DNA of 26,082 nt from a virus (lineage: Duplodnaviria; Caudoviricetes). Made by a program: the position numbers and the translations under genes. Positions 7,058 through 16,161 of this stretch are shown here, in pieces (position 1 is the first letter of the stretch; each line of letters opens with the position of its first letter). Location: positions 1 to 26,082 of IMG/VR virus record IMGVR_UViG_3300037834_000030; one strand, written 5' to 3'. The notes under the pieces were generated by a model. That model was not told where the DNA came from. It worked only from the letters and a program-made list of their open reading frames with translations, and did no database searches.

Positions 7058-8292
7058 ACCCCTTTGGGTGGCTCGCGAGTTGGGCCGGCAATCCCAAGCT
7101 GTCCGGTCGCGACAGCAAGGAAGCCATGCACGCCTACGCCGAGCGGGCGCCCCTGCGCCCCACGGTCGACCGCACACTGGGACTATCGGCGGCGTGGGCG
7201 TGCATTCGCCTGCTGGCGGAAACGACGGGCACCTTGCCGTTGCCGCTCTACCGGAAGGTCTCGCAGGACAGGCGGGATGTTGCGTCTGAGCATCCGCTTT
7301 ACGGGCTCCTGCACGACAGCCCCAACGCCTGGCAGACGGCCGCCGAGTACTGGGAAGGGCAGGTCGCGCATGTGTGCGGCTGGGGCAATGCCTATTCCGA
7401 GCAGAAGTTCATGGGCGATCGGCTGGTTGCCCTCGAGCCGCTGCCGCCGACGACGATGGTGTCGCGCGATGGCAACGGGGATCTGAAGTATGCCTTCAGC
7501 GATCGTGGTCGCAGCGAGACTCTGCCGGCCAGCAAGATCTTCCATATCCGGGGCTTCGGCTTCGGTGGCGATGTCGGCCTGTCGCCAATCCGCTATGGCT
7601 GGCAGACGCTGCGCGGCTCGATCGCGGCCGAAGATGCCGCAGTGCAGTTCATGGAAGGCGGCCTGCAGATCGCCGGTTTCGCCAAGGAAAGCGATCTCGG
7701 CAAATCGACGCCGGAGCAGCGGCGCGACCTTATGGACCTCTTCGCCGAGTTCATGGGCTCAAAGGCCAGCGGCAAGGTGATGCCGCTGCCCAAGGGATGG
7801 GATTGGCAGCAGCTGACCATGAACCCGGAGGACGCGCAGCTCATCGAGACGCGTGGTTTCAACGTCGAGCAGGTGTGCCGCATCTATCGCGTGCCGCCGT
7901 TCATGGTGGGCCATACGCAGAATTCGACCAGCTGGGGCACGGGCCTCGAGCAGCAGAACATCGGCTTCCTGACCTATAGCCTTCGCCCCTACCTGGTGCG
8001 CATCGAGCAGGCGGTGAAGAAGCAACTGCTGAAGCCTGCTGAGCGCTCGACCTATTATGCCGAGTTCATCCTCGAGGGGTTGCTTCGCGCCGACAGCGCC
8101 GGCCGGGCGGCGCTCTATGCGTCGGGTGGGCAGAACGGCTGGATGACGCGCAACGAGATGCGGCGTCGCGAAAACCTGCCGCCGGAAGAGGGCGGGGACG
8201 TGCTCACCGTTCAATCCAATCTCTTGCCGCTCGACCAGCTTGGCAAGGTGCCTCCCCGCCCAGTTCAGCCCGCGCCTGGCGAGCCGATCTAG
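7054..8292 (+). CDS. Portal protein, HK97 family
   Basis: AWACIRLLAET, SPNAWQTA, IFHIRGF..GLSPI, PEDAQLIETR, YRVPPFMVG, WMTRNEMR. Confidence 0.97.
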   Translation: MNPFGWLASWAGNPKLSGRDSKEAMHAYAERAPLRPTVDRTLGLSAAWACIRLLAETTGTLPLPLYRKVSQDRRDVASEHPLYGLLHDSPNAWQTAAEYWEGQVAHVCGWGNAYSEQKFMGDRLVALEPLPPTTMVSRDGNGDLKYAFSDRGRSETLPASKIFHIRGFGFGGDVGLSPIRYGWQTLRGSIAAEDAAVQFMEGGLQIAGFAKESDLGKSTPEQRRDLMDLFAEFMGSKASGKVMPLPKGWDWQQLTMNPEDAQLIETRGFNVEQVCRIYRVPPFMVGHTQNSTSWGTGLEQQNIGFLTYSLRPYLVRIEQAVKKQLLKPAERSTYYAEFILEGLLRADSAGRAALYASGGQNGWMTRNEMRRRENLPPEEGGDVLTVQSNLLPLDQLGKVPPRPVQPAPGEPI

Positions 8293-8301
8293 GAGACTTC
8301 C

Positions 8302-8472
8302 ATGAAAATCTGGGTTGAGATCATCGCGGGTGAGGCGTGCCACTTTGCGTCCGTGTCCGGCTATCAGGCTTGGTCGTATCGCGGTCGAGAGCATGCGCTT
8401 CGCACCCTGCGGGCGATCCTGGAACGCAGCGGCCGCGCCAATCTCATTCGCCAGCTTAGTCTGGTGGCTTAG
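8302..8472 (+). CDS. Small 56-aa hypothetical protein (absent from the ORF track)
   Basis: SD AGGAG then ATG; MKIWVEIIAGEACHFASVSGYQAWSYRGREHALRTLRAILERSGRANLIRQLSLVA; exactly fills the portal-protease gap. Confidence 0.7.
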   Translation: MKIWVEIIAGEACHFASVSGYQAWSYRGREHALRTLRAILERSGRANLIRQLSLVA

Positions 8473-8484
8473 GAGGGTTCCCCC

Positions 8485-9165
8485 GTGAAGACGAAGGATT
8501 TTGCCCTGGAGGTGAAGAACCTCTCGGACGACGGCACCTTTGAGGGCTACGGCTCGATCTTCGGCAATGTCGACAGCTATGGCGAAGTCGTCGAGCCGGG
8601 CGCGTTCGGCAAGTCGCTGGCGCGGCATGCCAAGGCCAAGACCAGCCCTCTCATGCTCTGGCAGCACAATCCCGACTACCCGATCGGTGTCTGGGAAAGC
8701 CTCGAGGAAGACAGCAAGGGCCTGTTCGGGCGGGGCCGTCTGCTCAAGGGCGTGCAGAAGGCCGACGAGGCGCACATCATCATGAAGAACGGGGCCATCC
8801 GCGGCCTCTCGATCGGCTATCGCGAGCTGCGCGCCCAGCCGGAGGGGAACAACCGGAAGCTGCTCGAGCTCGACCTCATGGAGATCAGCCCGGTGACGTT
8901 TCCGGCCAATGACAAGGCGCGGATCACCGCCGTCAAATCCGAACGCATGGAGGAGTTCGCCCGCCGGCTGCGCGATGGCGAGCCCATGCCAGTCAAGGAA
9001 TTCGAGGACATCCTGCGCGAGGCAGGCGTCCCCAAAGCCATGGCCGTACAGATCGCCTCTGTCGGCTATGCGAAGGCCATTCGGAGCGAGTCCGAGGGCG
9101 AGAAGGCGAACGATCTGGCCGAGCTGCGCAACGCGGTTTCGGCCTTCCTTCAACCCCGGACGTAA
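8485..9165 (+). CDS. Prohead protease, HK97 family (peptidase S78)
   Basis: FEGYGSIFGNVD, MLWQH (His), GLSIGY (Ser), EISPVTFPAN; SD AGGAGG, GTG start. Confidence 0.96.
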   Translation: MKTKDFALEVKNLSDDGTFEGYGSIFGNVDSYGEVVEPGAFGKSLARHAKAKTSPLMLWQHNPDYPIGVWESLEEDSKGLFGRGRLLKGVQKADEAHIIMKNGAIRGLSIGYRELRAQPEGNNRKLLELDLMEISPVTFPANDKARITAVKSERMEEFARRLRDGEPMPVKEFEDILREAGVPKAMAVQIASVGYAKAIRSESEGEKANDLAELRNAVSAFLQPRT

Positions 9166-9177
9166 AGGAGTATCCCG

Positions 9178-10398
9178 ATGTCCGATGAAGCCGATATCAA
9201 GCAGCTCGCGATCGAGCTGAAGACCGCTGCCGACGATGTGAAGAGGTCGGCAGAAACCACCAGCACCGAGCTCAAGAACCTCGGCAAGGTGACCGAAGAG
9301 ACCAAGAAGGCCGCCGACGAAGCTCTGGTCAAACACAACGAACTCTCTGCTCGCATGACCGAGCTCGAGCAGAAAATGGTGCAGCGCCCTGCGGAACCTG
9401 AGCAGCGCAAGACCGTCGGCCAGATGGTCGTCGAGCATGAAGACGTCAAGTCGTTCCTCAAGTCCGGCGGCAAGGGGCGCGTATCGGTCGCGGTGAAGGC
9501 CATCATCTCGGCGCTGACGACCGACGCCAACGGCTCGGCCGGCGACCTTATCGTGCCCGATCGCCGCCCGGAGATCATCACTCCGCCGCTGCGCACCCTG
9601 ACCATGCGCGACCTGATCACGCCGGGGCAGACCAGTTCCAACGCGATCCAGTATGTCAAGGAAACCGGCTTCACCAACAACGCCGCCACCGTGTCGGAGA
9701 CTTCCGGCGCGACCAAGCCGCAGTCGGAGATCAAGTTCGATCTCATGACGGCGGCCGTGACGACGATCGCCCACTGGGTGCTCGCCACCCGGCAGATCCT
9801 CGATGACGTGCCGCAGCTGATGTCGTATATCGACGGCCGGCTGCGCTACGGACTTGCCTATGTCGAGGACAACCAGATCCTCAACGGCTCCGGGACCGGC
9901 ACGGACCTCAACGGCATCTATACCCAGGCAACGGCCTATTCGGCGCCGACGACCATTGCCGACCCGACCAAGATCGACATCATCCGCCTTGCCATGCTGC
10001 AGGCGTTCCTGGCGGAAATCCCGCCGACCGGTATCGTTCTCCATCCGACCGACTGGGCGACCATCGAACTGGTGAAGGACACCACTGGGCGGCACATCAT
10101 CGGCAATCCGCAGGATGGCACCGCGCCGCGTCTGTGGCGGCTGCCGGTGGTGGAGACGCCGGCCATGACCGTCGACAAGTATCTCGTCGGTGCCTTCCGG
10201 CTCGGCGCGCAGCTCTTCGACCGGGAGGAAGCCAACGTCGAGATCTCGACCGAGGACAGCGACAACTTCCGCAAGAACCTAGTTACCATCCGTGCCGAGG
10301 AGCGTGCGGCCCTCGCGGTCTATCGCCCGGAAGCGTTCATCAAGGGTGACTTCTCGGACGACATCGCCTCGTCGACGACGCCGCCCGAAACGCCCTAA
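9178..10398 (+). CDS. Major capsid protein, HK97 fold
   Basis: N-terminal coiled-coil delta domain, VSETSGATKPQS, EDNQILNGSG, LWRLPVV, FRKNLVTIRAEER, RPEAF. Confidence 0.97.
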   Translation: MSDEADIKQLAIELKTAADDVKRSAETTSTELKNLGKVTEETKKAADEALVKHNELSARMTELEQKMVQRPAEPEQRKTVGQMVVEHEDVKSFLKSGGKGRVSVAVKAIISALTTDANGSAGDLIVPDRRPEIITPPLRTLTMRDLITPGQTSSNAIQYVKETGFTNNAATVSETSGATKPQSEIKFDLMTAAVTTIAHWVLATRQILDDVPQLMSYIDGRLRYGLAYVEDNQILNGSGTGTDLNGIYTQATAYSAPTTIADPTKIDIIRLAMLQAFLAEIPPTGIVLHPTDWATIELVKDTTGRHIIGNPQDGTAPRLWRLPVVETPAMTVDKYLVGAFRLGAQLFDREEANVEISTEDSDNFRKNLVTIRAEERAALAVYRPEAFIKGDFSDDIASSTTPPETP

Positions 10399-10417
10399 CC
10401 CGAGTTCGGCTGATCAC

Positions 10418-10447
10418 CAACGGCGGTGCCCCTTGGCGCCGCCGTTG
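10418..10447 (+). promoter_or_regulatory. 13-bp stem-loop after the capsid gene (mRNA-stabilising or attenuating)
   Basis: CAACGGCGGTGCC-cctt-GGCGCCGCCGTTG (one G-U pair); no U-tract. Confidence 0.55.
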
Positions 10448-10470
10448 TCATGAGCCGAAGGAGAACTGCA

Positions 10471-10674
10471 ATGAAGATGAAGGCATTGGACCAGGTGAGC
10501 ATCAGCTCGGTGAAGGCCGATACGTTGCGGCCAGGCGAGGAGTTCGAGGTGAGCGATGCGCTAGGGACCGAACTCGAAAAGAAGGAGCTCGCCGTGCGGG
10601 TCGATGGTGCCACGAAGAAGGCGCCCACTCCCCGCAACAAGAAGGCGCCTGCGCCCCAGAACAAGGCCGGCTAG
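10471..10674 (+). CDS. Small head-associated hypothetical protein
   Basis: SD AAGGAG; LRPGEEFEV and a C-terminal repeated (N)KKAP motif; typical post-capsid position. Confidence 0.8.
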   Translation: MKMKALDQVSISSVKADTLRPGEEFEVSDALGTELEKKELAVRVDGATKKAPTPRNKKAPAPQNKAG

Positions 10675-10677
10675 CCG

Positions 10678-11220
10678 ATGCAGGTCCGCGTCATCACGCC
10701 GCCCGAGCCGATCGTCACCTGGGCGGAGGCTAAGGCGCACCTGCGTCTTGACTCCGATTTCGAGCAGGATCTCGTCGAAGGCTATATTGCGGCGGCAACA
10801 GCGTGGATCGACGGGCCGGAGGGATGGCTCGGGCGGTCGATCGGCGTGCAGACGCTCGAGCTCACCGACTGCGCGTTCGGCAACGACGCACTGCCCTACG
10901 GGCCGATCGTCTCGATAGAGAGCATCCACTACAAGGATGCGCCCGGCCTCGAGCAGGAGTTGCCCGACACGGACTATCGGTTGCTCCTGAATGGCAGCAT
11001 CTATGCGCAGGCTTGGCCGGCTGTCGGCAGTGACCCCGAGGCTGTGCGCGTGCGGTATGTCGCCGGATACGCGAGCGTACCCTCGCCGATCAAGCAGGCG
11101 ATCCTGCTGCTCATTGGTCAGTGGTTCGTCACACGCCAGGCGGTCAACGTCGGCAATATTGTCAACGAGATGCCGTTCGCCGTCGAGGCGTTGCTGGCGC
11201 CCTATCGCGTGTGGAGGTAG
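10678..11220 (+). CDS. Head-tail connector (HK97 gp6-like)
   Basis: VTWAEAKAHLRLD, YVAGY..VPSPIKQAILLLIGQWF..R, ALLAPYR. Confidence 0.93.
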   Translation: MQVRVITPPEPIVTWAEAKAHLRLDSDFEQDLVEGYIAAATAWIDGPEGWLGRSIGVQTLELTDCAFGNDALPYGPIVSIESIHYKDAPGLEQELPDTDYRLLLNGSIYAQAWPAVGSDPEAVRVRYVAGYASVPSPIKQAILLLIGQWFVTRQAVNVGNIVNEMPFAVEALLAPYRVWR

Positions 11221-11224
11221 CTAG

Positions 11225-11560
11225 GTGCCGCAGGATCCGGGCGCCCGCAATCGTCGCGTCGTCATCGAGCGGCACGGCATCACCTATGACCAGTGGAACC
11301 AGCCGGTCGAAGGCTGGACCGTGCTGGTCACAGCATGGGCGTCGTGGCGGCGCGCCACGGCCAATGAACGGCTGGCCTCAGGGCAGGTCGGCGCGCAGGT
11401 GACCGATATCTTCGAACTCTTGTGGTTCCCGGAAATCGCCGACCTCGATCCCAAAGACCGGCTGCGCTTCGACGTCAAGACCTACGACATGATCGAGGTG
11501 ACGGAAGTCGGCGCGCGCGAGGGCCTGCTGATCCGCGCATCGGCGAGGGCGGATACGTGA
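11225..11560 (+). CDS. Head closure/head-tail adaptor (SPP1 gp16-like)
   Basis: PGARNRRVVIE, D.WNQPVEGW, DRLRFD..YD; position after the gp6-like gene. Confidence 0.88.
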   Translation: MPQDPGARNRRVVIERHGITYDQWNQPVEGWTVLVTAWASWRRATANERLASGQVGAQVTDIFELLWFPEIADLDPKDRLRFDVKTYDMIEVTEVGAREGLLIRASARADT

Positions 11561-12093
11561 AAGTCTCGGTACGTGTCGACGGCCTGAAGGAATTCGACGC
11601 GGCTCTCGGCGAGCTTTCCAAGGCGACCGCGCGCAATACCCTGCGCCGGGTGCTGATGAAGGCGGGCCAGCCGATGGCCGAAACCGCCGCGCGGCTGGCG
11701 CCGGACGATCCGGAGACGGGTTCGCCGGACCTGCACACGTCGATCACCGTCTCGGCAAGCCTCAAGAACCCGGTCGGCAAGGCGGAATATCGCGATGTGC
11801 TGCAGGCCGGAGGGAGCAGGGGCGAAGCGCTGCAGGCCATGCGTGATGCGCGCCGGGCCGGAAGCGAGAGCTTTGCCGAGGTCTATGTCGGCCCCGACTA
11901 TCGCCAGTTTCACGCGCACTTCCAGGAGCTCGGCACCGCGCACCACGGTCCCCAGCCCTATATGCGACCGGCCTTCGACCAGGAGGCGGGCACGGCGCTC
12001 GATATCATCAAGTCCGAACTCGGCGGCGAGATCGAGAAAGCAGCGCGGCGTGCGGCTCGTCGGGCAGTTCGCAGGGCGGCGAGGGGATCGTGA
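11557..12093 (+). CDS. HK97 gp10-like neck/tail-completion protein
   Basis: GTG overlaps the previous stop (GTGA); VDGLKEFDAAL, ARLAP, FQELGTAHHGPQPYMRPAFD. Confidence 0.9.
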   Translation: MKVSVRVDGLKEFDAALGELSKATARNTLRRVLMKAGQPMAETAARLAPDDPETGSPDLHTSITVSASLKNPVGKAEYRDVLQAGGSRGEALQAMRDARRAGSESFAEVYVGPDYRQFHAHFQELGTAHHGPQPYMRPAFDQEAGTALDIIKSELGGEIEKAARRAARRAVRRAARGS

Positions 12094-12485
12094 TGCAGCT
12101 CGTGCTCTCCAATTTCCTCATTGCCTCGCCGCCGCTCGCCGCGCTGATCGGCAACCGCGCGTTCTGGGACGAGTTGCCGCAGGGGCTCGATAACCCGTCC
12201 ATCGTCATGTTCCTCATCTCGTCGGTGCCCGGATACACCCACGCGGGCGCCGACGGGCTGACCAGCGAGCGCGTGCAGTTCGATTGCCGGGGGCGCACGG
12301 CCGACGAGGCGCGGCAGGTGGTGGCGGCGCTTGACGCGCGCCTCAGCGGCTTCAAGGGAGTATTCGAGAGCGTCCGCTTCCAGGGCGCCTTCAAGCAAGG
12401 GCATCGCACCCGATCCGACAAGGTCGAGGCGATCCGCTGGTTCACCGCCAGCGTCGACTACATCATCTGGTCGGCCGCGGCCTGA
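12090..12485 (+). CDS. Tail terminator (DUF3168-like)
   Basis: LAALIGNR, LPQG...P.IV, RVQFDC; lies before the tail tube gene. Confidence 0.85.
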   Translation: MMQLVLSNFLIASPPLAALIGNRAFWDELPQGLDNPSIVMFLISSVPGYTHAGADGLTSERVQFDCRGRTADEARQVVAALDARLSGFKGVFESVRFQGAFKQGHRTRSDKVEAIRWFTASVDYIIWSAAA

Positions 12486-12513
12486 CCATCCTTTCCAGCA
12501 CTGGAGAACTGAC

Positions 12514-13206
12514 ATGCCCGATACCGAGGCAATGATCGGCTATGGCACCGTGTTCGAAATGGCCGAAGAGGCCACGCCGACGGTGTTCGTCGCCCTGGGT
12601 GAAGTGATCAACGTCGATCCCGGCGAGGACGACGACGAGGATGTCGAGGCGACCCACTACACGTCGCCCGACCGCACCCGTGAATACATCCCCGGCCTGA
12701 CCACGCCCGGCGAGGCGACGGTCGAGGGCAACTACATTCCCGGCTCGGCGACGGACCAGATGATCATCGCGGCGCGCGGCAAGAGGAACGTGGGCCGCAT
12801 CACCCTGCCCAACGGGGTGCGCAAGACCTTCCCGATCGTGCGCCGCGGCTACAACCAGGCGATTCCGATCGATGATCGCATGACCTTCACCGCCACCTTT
12901 CGCCGTGCCGGCACGACGACGACCGACGCGGCGACGGTGCCGGTCAACGGGGTGCTGCCCGCAATCTCGGGCGAGGCAATCGAGGATGGTGTGCTCACGG
13001 CCTGGCCGGGCGTCTGGGCGCCGTTCGCCGCCTTTTCCTACCAGTGGAAGAAGGATGGGGTGAACATTCCGGGTGCCACGGCCGCGACCTATACGGTCGT
13101 CACCGGCGACATCGGTTCGGCGATCAGCGTTGCGGTCACCGCCACCAATGCCGGCGGCAGCGCGACGGCCGAGAGTGCCGAAACCGCCGACGTGGTGGCA
13201 GCGTAG
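12514..13206 (+). CDS. Major tail tube protein with C-terminal Ig-like extension
   Basis: SD GGAG; VEATHYTSPDRTREYIPGL..PGE, NYIPGS; C-terminal LPAISG..LTAWPGVW..FSYQWKKDG..IPGATAATY.V..DIG..I.V.VTATN. Confidence 0.92.
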   Translation: MPDTEAMIGYGTVFEMAEEATPTVFVALGEVINVDPGEDDDEDVEATHYTSPDRTREYIPGLTTPGEATVEGNYIPGSATDQMIIAARGKRNVGRITLPNGVRKTFPIVRRGYNQAIPIDDRMTFTATFRRAGTTTTDAATVPVNGVLPAISGEAIEDGVLTAWPGVWAPFAAFSYQWKKDGVNIPGATAATYTVVTGDIGSAISVAVTATNAGGSATAESAETADVVAA

Positions 13207-13207
13207 C

Positions 13208-13618
13208 ATGGTCAATCCCCTGCGCGGCGAAGTCGCCCTCGATGTCGAGGGTACGACCTACGTCCTCTGCCTCGACATCAACGCCATCATCGAAGTCGAG
13301 AACCTGCTCGATATCGGCATTGCCGACGTGGCGAACCTCTTCAACGATCCGGCGCGGATTCGGGCCGGGAACGTGCGGGCGATGCTGTGGGCAGCGCTGC
13401 AGCGCCATCATCCAGATGTCACGCTCGCCTGGGCCGGCAAAATCGTCGGCAGGATCGGCATGGGCCTTGCCATCGAAAAGCTCGGCGAAGCCCTCTCTGT
13501 CGCGTTTCCGCAGGAGGGTGAGCAGCGCCGGCGCCCTCCGGAGACGGCTGGGAGTGGGAAAGCCTCCACATCTCGTTCGTCGCGCTCGGGTTCGAACCGG
13601 AAGCGTACTGGCGCCTGA
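13208..13618 (+). CDS. Tail assembly chaperone (gpG-like)
   Basis: MVNPLRGEV, YVLCLDINAI.EVE, LWAALQRHHPD; lies between tube and tape measure genes. Confidence 0.85.
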   Translation: MVNPLRGEVALDVEGTTYVLCLDINAIIEVENLLDIGIADVANLFNDPARIRAGNVRAMLWAALQRHHPDVTLAWAGKIVGRIGMGLAIEKLGEALSVAFPQEGEQRRRPPETAGSGKASTSRSSRSGSNRKRTGA

Positions 13619-13839
13619 CGCCGCGCGAGCTTTCGGTGCGGCTGACGGGAGCCCGCCGCCGGCTCGTGCGCGAGCACGACGAGCGCATGGAGCTGGCCTG
13701 GACCACGGCCAGGCTCAATGCCTATGCGCCGGAGAAGGCGAGGCAGTTCGTCAAGCTCGATTCCCTCCTGCATCGCGAAACCCGGCAGCAGCAGCGGCAA
13801 GGCTGGCAAGCGCAGGCCGCGATCCTCAACACGTGGTGA
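13522..13839 (+). CDS. Tail assembly chaperone extension (gpT-like), probably expressed by -1 frameshift
   Basis: The -1 frame is open from 13522 to 13839 and encodes LGFEPEAYWRLTPREL upstream of the first GTG (13636). Confidence 0.75.
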   Translation, partial: AAPAPSGDGWEWESLHISFVALGFEPEAYWRLTPRELSVRLTGARRRLVREHDERMELAWTTARLNAYAPEKARQFVKLDSLLHRETRQQQRQGWQAQAAILNTW

Positions 13840-13843
13840 CCTC

Positions 13844-15505
13844 ATGAACGCACGTATCGGCTCCCTGCATGTAGCGCTTGGTCTTGATAGCGCTCAATTC
13901 GAGCAGGGACTCAAGAAGGCGCGATCGGGCCTCGCCGGCTTCGCCAGCTTTGCTAAGGCAGGGTTGGCCACGGTGGCGGTTGCGGCGACAGCCGCCGGCG
14001 CGGCCCTATCCGTTGCGGTCAAGGGCGCGATCGACCACGCCGACGAACTGAGCAAGACGGCACAGAGCGTCGGCGTCACCACGGAAGCCCTGTCGCGATT
14101 GGAATGGGCGGCGCAGCTTTCGGACGTCAGTCTCCAAGAACTGTCGGCTGGCCTGCAGCGACTAACGCGCAATCTATCAGAGGTAGCGCAGGGGCGCAGT
14201 CCGCAGGCGGCGACGGCGTTTCGCGCGCTCGGCATCTCGGTGACCGACGCTGCCGGCAACCTGCGCTCTTCCGACGCGGTGCTGGCGGATGTTGCCGAGC
14301 AATTCGCGCGCCTCGAGGACGGCAGCGAGAAGACGGCGCTCGCCATTGCGCTCTTCGGGCGCGCGGGCGCGAACCTGATCCCGCTGCTCAACTCCGGGCG
14401 CACCGGGTTGGCGGAGATGGCGGCGGAAGCCGATCGCCTTGGCATCACCATCGGCACCAACACCGGCAAGGCGGCGGAGCAGTTCAACGACAGCCTGACC
14501 CGTCTGCAGGCGGTATTCGACGGCATCGTCAACAAGGTCATGGCGGCCGTGCTGCCGGCGCTCAACCGCCTCGGCGACACGCTCGCTTCGCCCGAGTTCG
14601 CAGCCTCGGCACAGCAGATCGCGACGGCGGTCGTCGATGCCATGAAGATCGTGGCCGACGCGGTGATGGCGGCCGTTGGCGCGTTCAATGCTCTGCGCGA
14701 GGCCATGGCCTGGGCGAACACGCACGACATGTTCGGCAACCCCATCACTGTCGACGTCGGCACTTCCGGCAATCGTTCGCAAGAATACAAGAAGGGGCTG
14801 TGGGGCATCGGAGGTCCCGGTGCTCTCGCTAGTCTCCGCGAGCAGCTCAACGCCGGCAACATGTCCGCGCCAGGGAACGATTTCTTTGCCGGCATCTTCG
14901 AGACGACCAATTCCACGGCAGATGCCTTCGGCCGTCTTTCCGATGAGATCGAGGGGATCGGCACCTCATCGACTGCTGCCAGCGGCGGCATCTCCAAGGT
15001 CAAGACCGAGCTCGAGAAGACCAAGCCGGCGATGGAGCAGTTCAGCCGCGCCGGGGAGCAGATGACCTCGACATTGGCCAGTGGCTTCACCGATATCTTC
15101 AAAGGCGTGCTGACCGGCGCCAACAATGCGGCCGATGCGGTCTCAGGCCTGCTCGACCAGCTCGCGACGATGGCGCTCAACTCGGCTTTCCAGGGGCTGC
15201 TCAGCGGGCTCTTCGGTGGCTTGAGGCTGCCCGGCTTCGCCAACGGTACGAACTTCGCGCCAGGCGGCCTCGCTGTCGTCGGCGAGCGTGGGCCGGAGAT
15301 CGTCAACCTGCCGCGCGGGTCGAAGGTCATCCCGAACCATCAGGTGCGCGGCGGCGGGGCTGGAGCTTCGGTCCTCGAGGTGGCCCTGTCTCCCGAGCTG
15401 GTCGCGCAGGTACTCAAGGAAGCTGAAGGTCAGTCCGTTCGGTTGGTAGAGGCCAACAACAAGGCACGCGACAATCTCTTCAAGAACGGCGGGAATCCAC
15501 ACTAA
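13844..15505 (+). CDS. Tail tape measure protein (553 aa)
   Basis: IGSLHVALGLDSAQFEQGL N-terminus, Ala-rich helical body, LFGRAGANLIPLLN, C-terminal FANG...VVGERGPE. Confidence 0.95.
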   Translation: MNARIGSLHVALGLDSAQFEQGLKKARSGLAGFASFAKAGLATVAVAATAAGAALSVAVKGAIDHADELSKTAQSVGVTTEALSRLEWAAQLSDVSLQELSAGLQRLTRNLSEVAQGRSPQAATAFRALGISVTDAAGNLRSSDAVLADVAEQFARLEDGSEKTALAIALFGRAGANLIPLLNSGRTGLAEMAAEADRLGITIGTNTGKAAEQFNDSLTRLQAVFDGIVNKVMAAVLPALNRLGDTLASPEFAASAQQIATAVVDAMKIVADAVMAAVGAFNALREAMAWANTHDMFGNPITVDVGTSGNRSQEYKKGLWGIGGPGALASLREQLNAGNMSAPGNDFFAGIFETTNSTADAFGRLSDEIEGIGTSSTAASGGISKVKTELEKTKPAMEQFSRAGEQMTSTLASGFTDIFKGVLTGANNAADAVSGLLDQLATMALNSAFQGLLSGLFGGLRLPGFANGTNFAPGGLAVVGERGPEIVNLPRGSKVIPNHQVRGGGAGASVLEVALSPELVAQVLKEAEGQSVRLVEANNKARDNLFKNGGNPH

Positions 15506-16161
15506 TGCCGACGATCATCGAACTTCCGGCTGTCGGCTGGCACGAAGTGCTGCTCGATCCCATCGTGCCGCGCGATATCGATCAGATGGAGGGCCGGCGC
15601 ACGGAGGGCCAGAAGTTCGGTACAGCCTGGTGGGCCGGCGTATTCATGACGACCGCATTGACGCCGGCGGAGTTCGGCCGCCTCGAGGCATTCATGATGC
15701 AGGCCGGCGACAATGGCGAGGTCTTCCGGGCTTACGACGCCAGCCGTCCGCGCCCGCTTGCTCACGACACCCCTGACCACCAGCCGCTTTCTGGCATGCG
15801 CGCCGGTGGCGGCTCTTTCGATGGTACTGCCACGATTGTCGCGCGCACGGCAACGACGCTCAGCATCACCGGCCTGCCTGCGAACTTCCAGTTCCTGGTC
15901 GGTGACTATGTCGAGGTGCGCAAGTCGCCAACGGTGATCTCGCTTCATCGTATCGTGACGGATGTGCAGGCGAACGGCTCGGGGGCGGCAACGCTTTCCA
16001 TCCGCCACGCGCTCGATCTGCAAGCCTTCACACTGCCGCTGACTGCAAACTTCGAAAAGCCTGCCTGCCTGATGCAGATCGACCCCGGCTCCTATAAGCC
16101 GTCAAAGCCCCTCGTCGAACGTCGGGCGACGTTCGCGGCCACCGAAGTCTTCTTCTCATGA
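15505..16161 (+). CDS. Distal tail (Dit-like) protein
   Basis: Directly after the tape measure gene (TAATG coupling); size and beta-rich composition fit. Assignment mainly by synteny. Confidence 0.65.
   Translation: MPTIIELPAVGWHEVLLDPIVPRDIDQMEGRRTEGQKFGTAWWAGVFMTTALTPAEFGRLEAFMMQAGDNGEVFRAYDASRPRPLAHDTPDHQPLSGMRAGGGSFDGTATIVARTATTLSITGLPANFQFLVGDYVEVRKSPTVISLHRIVTDVQANGSGAATLSIRHALDLQAFTLPLTANFEKPACLMQIDPGSYKPSKPLVERRATFAATEVFFS

Noticed and set aside
7759-10095. 778-aa minus-strand ORF
   Set aside because: Antisense shadow of portal, protease and capsid genes, expected from high-GC codon bias; no domain features.
13894-15330. 478-aa minus-strand ORF (also 17969-19141, 19622-20554, 6257-7177)
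   Set aside because: Antisense shadows of clearly identified structural genes.
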